In this document: piece by piece, positions 7,854 through 14,924 of the stretch
How the letters are laid out: each line of letters starts with the position of its first letter
How positions within the stretch are numbered: the stretch's first letter is position 1
DNA from: a virus
Taxonomy: Duplodnaviria > Heunggongvirae > Uroviricota > Caudoviricetes
Strand: one strand, 5' to 3'
Length of the DNA stretch: 17,367 nucleotides
Virus record (IMG/VR): IMGVR_UViG_3300013426_000020
Notes under the pieces: model-generated
Told to the model about the DNA's origin: nothing
Databases searched by the model: none
Seen by the model: the letters and a program-made list of their open reading frames with translations, nothing else
Position numbers and translations under genes: made by a program

Positions 7854-10800
7854 TTATTTCAAAAGTTTTGTTGAACCTGTGATGTTTCTCCTTGAAGTCA
7901 GTGTCTTGTTGTCATTCACAAGTCTGTCAAGTTTATTGACAATGTTTATACCCGTACTTGTCAATGTCTGTGTGGAAGTCTTTGTCTTGCTGGTGTTTGT
8001 ATCAACAACACTTCCATATGTGGAATAGACTATAATATCATATTGTTTCGGTTTCAAATCATTTGTTCCTGTCCAGATGTCAATACCTATGATGTTTGCA
8101 AATTTTGCATTCTTCACTTCTGAACTGGATTCAATCAATTTATTATCACCACTTTTTCCGAAAATATTATTATTATAATCTTTCATCCTGAACTGATATA
8201 TGATAGGAACTCTCAATGATTCTCCTGACTTCACACTCTTTGTGGAATTCAAAGTGTCTCCTTCAACTTGAATCTCATTATGATTTACAGGACTCAAGAA
8301 CAAATAAGAATTACAAGTATTCTCACCTATTGCATATCTGTCCCTGTCTTCATATCCTATCTTGTGTGTTGTCTGGAATGAAGCATCACCATCAGTATCA
8401 AAATTTTCAAACCCTCCTATGAAATTCTTCATATCTGCAAAACCATATGCAGCCTGAATCTTTGGAATAATTGTATATGTTGATCTGTTTGCGGTATTGA
8501 TACCATTTACTCTCTTTACAAGTCTTCCTGTGATTGTATTGCTTGATGATACAGTTCCCGTTTTTCTCACATTGTCTGCTCTCAACAATATCTTTGAATT
8601 ATTCCAGAGTCTGATGCTTGCAGATTCAGGTTTCTTCCATGTCTTTGGAAGTCTGTTCAATACTATTTCCCCCACAGATGCAAATAAAGTTTTATCTGTT
8701 ATACTTTCAGCATTTACTGTTGAACCTGTCAAATCATTATATTCACTTACAATTTGTTCATTCTTAAAAGTATCAAAATTTTTATCAGTTTCCCCTACTA
8801 CTTTCTGAACATCCTTATAATACTGTTCATCAATTGTATATCCACTATATTCTGAATCTATATAATTTGAATTATACACAAACTTTGCAAGATCATTATT
8901 GGCATACATATCAAATGTATCACCTATGTTTCTGAATCTTGAATACACAAACTGTCCTCTGCATTGAGCAGACTGATACATACTTGGAGAACCTATCTGA
9001 AAATCAAGAAGTTCGGTGTTTGTAAGATTTATAGGAACAAGATCATATCTTCCCTGTTCCATATAATATGTGTTGCTTGATGTGGTAGGTGTAATTATAT
9101 TATCATATGATTCATAATCATTACCTGCATAATCATTACCATCTGAATTTGTAGATGGATTTTTTGCTATATATTTACCCTCATCATCCTTTATTGTATT
9201 CGGACACATTGACATTCTGTTTCCGGAAAGTTTACTCAGCAGGAACAATCCAGACTGTGCATCGGTTGATATGTCAAGGTAATATGTCTTGGTAATTATT
9301 GCACCATCCTGTTTGTTTAAATCAAGTTTGGCTATTTCCGCAAGATAATTTCCGGCATTTATGTAAGTAGTTCCACCCTCATTGAGAGTATATGTCTTTT
9401 CTTCATCAGAATTATCAACAAGAACTACATTCAAATCACCGTTCATTCCATTTATCTGCTCAATGACGGATGTTATCTGATTCTGCAAGTCCTGAAGTTT
9501 GTCATACAATGTAATAGGTGTCTGTTCCGCAGACAAAAATCCAGATGTGATGGATTCTGCGGTGTGGGCAAAATACTTGTCATTTGTATAGAAACTTGAA
9601 CTCATATGTTCAGTAGTACTACTGAACATCTTGCTCACATTGGCAACAGCTGCATCCACATTGTTCTGGTCAATGAGTCCGGAAATGTCATCCGCCTGAA
9701 GTTCCGCAAAATCGGAAAAGGATACTACTATGGAATCTGACCATTCAGATTCCAGCGGATTTGCAGGCCATCCAGCCTCACTGACGGACTTCACTTGTAT
9801 CTCAACCTTTTCTCCTGATGTTATAGGAATATCAAGCTGATTGATATTCACATCATCTGGATTTGCAGTGTCAATGTCTTCCCATTCCCAGCCGGTTGCA
9901 GTCTTTACACGGGGTCTCAGTTTTGACTCGATTTCATTCCAGTTTGAAAATCTTCCAGTAACAACAGAATTGCCGGAAACATATGTGAATTCCTCCTCTT
10001 TATTTGTATTTCCAGATTCACTCAAATATCTGTATCTTATCTTGAACTTGATAATCTTCTGTTCACCTGTGGCTGAGCTTACTTTCGATTCCGGAATATC
10101 CCAGAATCCCCTTACTCTATATTTTGGGGAAGATACTGTTCCAGATTCATATTTTGACTTGATGTTATTTACTATGCTGTTATAGTTTGAAGTCAGTGTC
10201 TCCTGCGTATTGACAAGAGTATTGAGAGTTGACTGTGCCTTCAGTTTCTCATTTGTTGAAGTATACTGGGTTGTCTGTATGAGTTCCTTCTGTTTTGCTA
10301 TTTCTGTGGCAATATTGTTCAATTCACTTTGAACCCTTAACTTGTCAGCAACAAGACTTCTGAAAGTGGAGCTGTCGGATGATTCTGTAAGCTGGTTGTT
10401 TATCTGAACAATCTTGAAGTCTCCTTCACCATTTGCATAATTCAATACAGGTGCATTAGGAGTAATACCTTCTCTTACTGTAGGATAGTAGTCCTGTGCA
10501 TATGAAAGCAATACCTGTCCGAAATCAACAACAGTTTTTTGATAAAACTTCTGCAATGTCTGTGATACACCATTACTGTCCATATATGTGAGTTCATTGG
10601 TGTAAAAAGCAGTTCCTGGAGACCATTTGTTAGATGGAATATTTGAATCCGGATCAATAGCCTTGACAAATATGACTTCCCTTTCATCAAATCCTATAGG
10701 AATGTCAGCTGTCACTTCAGTATCCTGTGAAGCACTTATCTTCAATGTATCAGCACCTATTTTTACACCTTCTGCACCTTCCACACATTTGAGACCCACC

Positions 10801-11648
10801 TTGTTTTCAGATGAATCTACATATATGACCTTATATCTTGTAGTTGTAGGTGTAGTATTTATCTCAACATAATCACCTACAGAAAGAAGTCTTGTATTCT
10901 CAAATCCACTTCTTGTATCCGTGAATTCAAGACCATCAAGTATATATCTCTTGACATTGTTTCCTGATGAATCCTTTTCGGTTGTAATCCTTATGACAGA
11001 AAATGTTCCGAAATATCTTTTTGTTCTTGGTGGAAGATTCTTTATTTCATCATCAAGAGTATAATTTATCTTATTGTTTATTACAAGAGTAAGAAACTCC
11101 CTGTAATCAATATCATTTCTGCCTTTTAATTTTGAAGAGAATAAGTCAAGTTTACTTTGAGTATCACATTTCAGGATATATCTTTGTATCATAATCCTTT
11201 CTGTGTCTTCACTTATCTGATCAGACAGATCAAGAGTTATATAAAGGGACGGATTCAACATATCCTCAAAGAACCAGTTTGACTTGAAGTTGAAAGTGGT
11301 TATGTCATCCACCCTTGTTATTGTAGGTGCCTCACTAGGTATCTTACTTGCAATAATTTTCCTATAAGACCCGTCAGACAACCTTACTCTGCTTCCAGCA
11401 CCGTCAGTTATATTTGACATTGTGTTGATGCTTGCCGACAGTCTGTCTATCTCTGATTTGAGATAACCAAAAGATGGTATTGTATATTCAACAGAATTAT
11501 CAGGGTCATTTGGGTCTGTCAATGTAAGTTTGACACTGTCCTCAGACGAAGATACAGCATCGCTTATTTTATTGACAGTTTCAAGACTGTTGTTGTTCAT
11601 CACCATTGCCTGTTCAAGAAAAGTGCTCAAAGAATTCTTTATCTTCAT
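7854..11648 (-). CDS. Large conserved virion structural protein (1264 aa) with a coiled coil and an FN3/Ig-like domain; exact role unknown
   Basis: Uninterrupted 3.8-kb ORF. The N-terminus NSLSTFLEQ...IPSFGYLKSEIDRL...VRLSDGSYRKII is recalled from large Bacteroidota/environmental myophages. FN3-like YRVRGFW.IP...FKIRYRY...VEIQVKSVSEAGWP...SEWSD. It sits among fibre genes. Confidence 0.65.
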   Translation of the reverse strand: MKIKNSLSTFLEQAMVMNNNSLETVNKISDAVSSSEDSVKLTLTDPNDPDNSVEYTIPSFGYLKSEIDRLSASINTMSNITDGAGSRVRLSDGSYRKIIASKIPSEAPTITRVDDITTFNFKSNWFFEDMLNPSLYITLDLSDQISEDTERIMIQRYILKCDTQSKLDLFSSKLKGRNDIDYREFLTLVINNKINYTLDDEIKNLPPRTKRYFGTFSVIRITTEKDSSGNNVKRYILDGLEFTDTRSGFENTRLLSVGDYVEINTTPTTTRYKVIYVDSSENKVGLKCVEGAEGVKIGADTLKISASQDTEVTADIPIGFDEREVIFVKAIDPDSNIPSNKWSPGTAFYTNELTYMDSNGVSQTLQKFYQKTVVDFGQVLLSYAQDYYPTVREGITPNAPVLNYANGEGDFKIVQINNQLTESSDSSTFRSLVADKLRVQSELNNIATEIAKQKELIQTTQYTSTNEKLKAQSTLNTLVNTQETLTSNYNSIVNNIKSKYESGTVSSPKYRVRGFWDIPESKVSSATGEQKIIKFKIRYRYLSESGNTNKEEEFTYVSGNSVVTGRFSNWNEIESKLRPRVKTATGWEWEDIDTANPDDVNINQLDIPITSGEKVEIQVKSVSEAGWPANPLESEWSDSIVVSFSDFAELQADDISGLIDQNNVDAAVANVSKMFSSTTEHMSSSFYTNDKYFAHTAESITSGFLSAEQTPITLYDKLQDLQNQITSVIEQINGMNGDLNVVLVDNSDEEKTYTLNEGGTTYINAGNYLAEIAKLDLNKQDGAIITKTYYLDISTDAQSGLFLLSKLSGNRMSMCPNTIKDDEGKYIAKNPSTNSDGNDYAGNDYESYDNIITPTTSSNTYYMEQGRYDLVPINLTNTELLDFQIGSPSMYQSAQCRGQFVYSRFRNIGDTFDMYANNDLAKFVYNSNYIDSEYSGYTIDEQYYKDVQKVVGETDKNFDTFKNEQIVSEYNDLTGSTVNAESITDKTLFASVGEIVLNRLPKTWKKPESASIRLWNNSKILLRADNVRKTGTVSSSNTITGRLVKRVNGINTANRSTYTIIPKIQAAYGFADMKNFIGGFENFDTDGDASFQTTHKIGYEDRDRYAIGENTCNSYLFLSPVNHNEIQVEGDTLNSTKSVKSGESLRVPIIYQFRMKDYNNNIFGKSGDNKLIESSSEVKNAKFANIIGIDIWTGTNDLKPKQYDIIVYSTYGSVVDTNTSKTKTSTQTLTSTGINIVNKLDRLVNDNKTLTSRRNITGSTKLLK

Positions 11649-11656
11649 AAGTTTCT

Positions 11657-11703
11657 TATTTATACATCAAGATATGATATATTTATGAATTTCAGCATAA
11701 ATA
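11657..11703. promoter_or_regulatory. Divergent late-promoter cluster: TATAAATA (-, 11657-11664), CATAAATA (-, 11680-11687), CATAAATA (+, 11696-11703)
   Basis: Three boxes in the intergenic gap between the divergent 1264-aa and endolysin genes, each pointing toward a start codon. Confidence 0.65.
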
Positions 11704-11722
11704 AACAAAAGTGATATTTCAT

Positions 11723-12598
11723 ATGGAAATATATAGAAAAGGAAGTCAAGGGGAAATTGTGAAACTCATCCAGAGAACACTGAACATTAATGATGATGGA
11801 TTTTTCGGAAACCAGACTGAAAATGCAGTGAGAAAATTTCAGAAGGAAAATGGACTTGTTGCTGACGGAATTGTAGGAAAACAGACTCTTGACCTTCTTT
11901 TGAATAAAAATAATTATAATAAAATGTTTTTATCAAAACCGAACTGGGAGGATTATTTTCTTCCGAAAACAGAATACCTTAATGGGGTATATAAGAATGA
12001 ATATATAATTCTTCACCACACTGCTGGGAATGATGACCCGAAACAGGTTGTTGACGGATGGGCACATGACAGTGCAGGAAGAGTGGCAACAGAATTTGTC
12101 ATAGGTGGACAAAATGCTGCAAATGGAAGAACAATAAATGACGGAAAGATTATTCATGTTTATCCCGAAGGAAATCAGGCATACCATATAGGTAAATGTG
12201 GTTCCACAAATCTTGCCCTGCATGCCGTAGGAATTGAAATGTGCAATATGGGATGGGTAAAGAATGGAAGGACTTATGTGAATTCCATTGTGAAACCAGA
12301 TCAGATGATAAAACTGAAAGAACCTTTCAGGGGATACACAGAATGGCACAAATATTCAGACAAACAATTACAGTCATTGAAAGAACTTCTTCTTTATATT
12401 TCAAAAAGAGATAATATAGATCTTCATAAAGGTCTTTATGAATGGATAAAGAAAGAAGGTCCAACAAAAGCATTTGACTTTCATCAAGAAGCATATATGG
12501 GAATTGTCAAAGGAATATACAGTCACACCAGCGTGAGACCTGATAAATTTGATGTTTCACCACAGCCAGAACTTGTTGATATGATACTTTCTTTGTAG
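11723..12598 (+). CDS. Endolysin: PG_binding_1 domain + Amidase_2 N-acetylmuramoyl-L-alanine amidase
   Basis: N-terminal RKGSQGEIVKLIQRTL...DGFFG.QTE.AV..FQ..NGL.ADGIVG..T. Catalytic Zn motifs IILHHTAG, GIEMCN.G, SHTSVRPDK.D. The ATG at 11723 is preferred over the GTG at 11711. Confidence 0.9.
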   Translation: MEIYRKGSQGEIVKLIQRTLNINDDGFFGNQTENAVRKFQKENGLVADGIVGKQTLDLLLNKNNYNKMFLSKPNWEDYFLPKTEYLNGVYKNEYIILHHTAGNDDPKQVVDGWAHDSAGRVATEFVIGGQNAANGRTINDGKIIHVYPEGNQAYHIGKCGSTNLALHAVGIEMCNMGWVKNGRTYVNSIVKPDQMIKLKEPFRGYTEWHKYSDKQLQSLKELLLYISKRDNIDLHKGLYEWIKKEGPTKAFDFHQEAYMGIVKGIYSHTSVRPDKFDVSPQPELVDMILSL

Positions 12599-12616
12599 TT
12601 TGTTATATTTTATTAT

Positions 12617-12775
12617 ATGATCAATATGACAGATATTATCAATAAAGAATTTGAGGACTTCCAGAAGGATCTTGAAACAAGAAATAAAAAACTCAAAGGG
12701 ATTGTCAGGTTCAAACCTGATGAAAAACTTGATGAACTCATCAAAAACTTGAAAGAAAAAACAATAATGTTATAA
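12617..12775 (+). CDS. Small hypothetical charged protein (52 aa)
   Basis: MINMTDIINKEFEDFQKDLETRNKKLKGIVRFKPDEKLDELIKNLKEKTIML*. It fills the gap between the endolysin and the UvsY-like gene, its stop is 3 nt before the next ATG, and it is not in the supplied track. Confidence 0.65.
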   Translation: MINMTDIINKEFEDFQKDLETRNKKLKGIVRFKPDEKLDELIKNLKEKTIML

Positions 12776-12778
12776 ATC

Positions 12779-13234
12779 ATGAAACCATTTGATGACAAGA
12801 AGACATTAGAAGTAAATGAACAACTTGAGAAAGGTCTCAATGATGAACGCAAAGAATGGAATGACAAAGTCATTGAACTGGTGAATATGATGAAAGATAA
12901 CAGGAAATTGTCTGAAGCACAGGTGTTTCAGTTATCATACAGACAGCAGGTTCAGGAAAGGATAGCAAAATATAAGATGCTTGTTGAGAAGAAACAGGGA
13001 GAACTTGACAAACAGACAGTGTCAAGATACAGAGACTATATGCTGAATTATGACATCAAATTGAATGACAAGGAAAAATCCGCTTTTGTGTCCGCTGACT
13101 GCACTGCATTGAAACAACAGGTGAATATGATGAGAACACAGATAAACTTCTTTGAGGAGTGTGTGAAGACTCTTGACAATTTCGGGTTTGCAATAAGGAA
13201 CAAGATTGAAATATTGTCTCAACAACTTGTATAA
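12779..13234 (+). CDS. uvsY: UvsY-like recombination mediator protein (151 aa)
   Basis: Long helical protein. The C-terminus FVSAD...INFFEECVKTLDNFGFAIRNKIEI parallels T4 UvsY (..LSAD...LDFC..AL..IK.RGFAIK.I). Confidence 0.65.
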   Translation: MKPFDDKKTLEVNEQLEKGLNDERKEWNDKVIELVNMMKDNRKLSEAQVFQLSYRQQVQERIAKYKMLVEKKQGELDKQTVSRYRDYMLNYDIKLNDKEKSAFVSADCTALKQQVNMMRTQINFFEECVKTLDNFGFAIRNKIEILSQQLV

Positions 13235-13239
13235 AAATG

Positions 13240-13268
13240 AAAGGAAAGATTTTCAAAATCTTTCCTTT
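13240..13268. terminator. Bidirectional intrinsic terminator
   Basis: AAAGGAAAGATTTT-c-AAAATCTTTCCTTT, a perfect 14-bp inverted repeat overlapping the TGA stop at 13253-13255. Confidence 0.8.
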
Positions 13269-13480
13269 TTTGATTCCTGATCTCCCTTTAATATATTTGA
13301 GTTATACATCTCCTGTGAAAGGATTATCTTTCTTCCCATTTCAGGTGTTTTTGATGCCATAGAATTCTGCAATGACTGGAATTCTGCTTTTCTTGCATCG
13401 GACTGTTCAAGCACAGTATTTTTGTTTTTTGTGGCATCCGCAAGTCTATATACTTTATTTGGTGTGCTTTCTGTATTCAT
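13253..13480 (-). CDS. Hypothetical protein (75 aa)
   Basis: ATG lies 9 nt downstream of the CHAP gene stop, and the ORF ends in the terminator. Confidence 0.7.
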   Translation of the reverse strand: MNTESTPNKVYRLADATKNKNTVLEQSDARKAEFQSLQNSMASKTPEMGRKIILSQEMYNSNILKGDQESKKERF

Positions 13481-13489
13481 AGTTATAAG

Positions 13490-14128
13490 TTATTGTCTTT
13501 GAATCATGTGTGTCCCAAGAACTGTACTGTATTGTCCTGTATCCACATTGTCTCCTATACCATATAGTTCATTTGATGTTATGGTTTCCTGTTCCTGTGA
13601 TGAAGAACTTGTCGGGTTTCTTGTATTTACTGTATCCGGTGTTATCTCCCCAGATGGTGTCTCTGTGATTGCAACAGCACCCTCCATTATAGATGAATGT
13701 CTCCAGAACTGAATTCTTTCATAATTTCCGTTATAACAATATGGTCCAGTATTATCCTGTTGCCCGGGATATTTTTGAAAATAGTCAGATACCCAGTCAT
13801 TTATACCTGTTCCGGTAGCATAACATATATGTCCATATATTCCATGTTTTATAAGACATATATCTCCTGGTTTTTGTTCATAATTGTTTGGAAACTGTAT
13901 AGGCATATCTCCATGTGCTCGGGGATTTTTGTCAATAGGAACAAAGTCTCCTATCAGTTCAAATCCGTTCTTCTTGCAGAACTTCTGATTGTTCCATCCA
14001 TTTCCTGATACATATGTGGCACCTCCGGCTTCAAATGCCTTCTTGACATAGGTGGCACACAATGCCTTTGATCTTTGAAGACAGTTTGCCTTTGAATATG
14101 AAATCACCTTGTTGAAATTGATGTCCAT
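13490..14128 (-). CDS. CHAP/NlpC-P60-fold cysteine peptidoglycan amidohydrolase with an S/T-rich C-terminal tail (212 aa)
   Basis: Start re-called to ATG 14128 (MDINF). Catalytic Cys in SKALCATYVKKAFEAGG, PGDIC, His in YGHIC, and WVSDYFQ. Confidence 0.8.
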   Translation of the reverse strand: MDINFNKVISYSKANCLQRSKALCATYVKKAFEAGGATYVSGNGWNNQKFCKKNGFELIGDFVPIDKNPRAHGDMPIQFPNNYEQKPGDICLIKHGIYGHICYATGTGINDWVSDYFQKYPGQQDNTGPYCYNGNYERIQFWRHSSIMEGAVAITETPSGEITPDTVNTRNPTSSSSQEQETITSNELYGIGDNVDTGQYSTVLGTHMIQRQ

Positions 14129-14136
14129 TTTCAACC

Positions 14137-14159
14137 CATAAATATATAAATTATTTATG
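14137..14159. promoter_or_regulatory. Face-to-face CATAAATA boxes (+ 14137-14144; - 14152-14159)
   Basis: CATAAATA-tataaat-TATTTATG lies in the 38-nt gap between the divergent CHAP and Stealth-like genes, each box 22-23 nt from its start codon. Confidence 0.65.
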
Positions 14160-14166
14160 AACCATA

Positions 14167-14892
14167 ATGACTGATAATCATGATGTGGTGATACCACTGG
14201 GTATAAAAAGTTATGAGAACAATAACTTTGAGATAAAGGTTGCAGTGGCAAGCATCAAAAAATATTTCAAATGCTTGAAAAGAATCATCATAATTTCCCA
14301 GATTGAACCCATAAAGGAACTGGGAAATGACATCATATGGGTTTATCAAGATGACATATATACACATGATAAGGATGCGAACATCATAGAGAAGGTAAGA
14401 AAGGCTATTGAAACAATCCCCGATCTCACTGATGACTTCATAATGTGGAGTGATGACCAGTTCATAACAAAGGACACATACTGGGAAGACACAATCCCCA
14501 GATATATGAAGATATACAATCAATATACTCTTCCATGGTTTGTGCAACAGGCAAAGTCAAGAATATGGTATAAACGTCTTCTTATGTGTTTCAACAGATT
14601 CCCAAACAGGGGATTCGGTTGCAGGTTCTTCAACCCACACATTCCCAGTCCTTTCAATAAATATAAGTTCATTGAGATGTGTGAGAAATATCCTTACCAG
14701 ACAGAACATGGAATTACCATTTATGACTTATACTATAATTTCATAGGTGAGAAGGGTGTACCAAATTTTGACGAATATCATTGTCTCAACGGAGAAACTG
14801 ACTGGAAGGATTGCAGATGGGTAGGATATTACAATACAAGTATGAGAGATTCAAGATTCATACAAAAACTTACTGATATGTTTTTAAAATAA
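14167..14892 (+). CDS. Stealth-like sugar-1-phosphate transferase / glycosyltransferase (241 aa)
   Basis: DVVIP...N.EIKVAVASIKKY...RIIIIS, DLTDDFIMWSDDQF (Stealth CR2-like LSE.FI..NDD.F), FNPHIP.PF.K.KF. Confidence 0.65.
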   Translation: MTDNHDVVIPLGIKSYENNNFEIKVAVASIKKYFKCLKRIIIISQIEPIKELGNDIIWVYQDDIYTHDKDANIIEKVRKAIETIPDLTDDFIMWSDDQFITKDTYWEDTIPRYMKIYNQYTLPWFVQQAKSRIWYKRLLMCFNRFPNRGFGCRFFNPHIPSPFNKYKFIEMCEKYPYQTEHGITIYDLYYNFIGEKGVPNFDEYHCLNGETDWKDCRWVGYYNTSMRDSRFIQKLTDMFLK

Positions 14893-14920
14893 AATGGAAG
14901 ATAAATGTTTATCTTCCATT
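14893..14920. terminator. Bidirectional intrinsic terminator
   Basis: AATGGAAGATAAA-tg-TTTATCTTCCATT, a perfect 13-bp inverted repeat between convergent stops at 14892 and 14925. Confidence 0.8.
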
Positions 14921-14924
14921 CAGT

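Noticed and set aside
12596-12775. The only TAG stop among the called genes ends the endolysin and is followed in frame by the 52-aa ORF, suggesting amber read-through or code-15 recoding
   Set aside because: The endolysin ends at the family-typical PQPELVDMILSL. The linker (FVIFYY) looks like an AT-rich intergenic leader, and the downstream ORF has its own ATG. Long genes are uninterrupted under code 11, so there is no evidence of recoding.
14129-14251. 41-aa extension of the CHAP ORF (supplied start 14251)
   Set aside because: It overlaps the Stealth-like gene on the opposite strand and runs through the promoter boxes. ATG 14128 fits the domain start.
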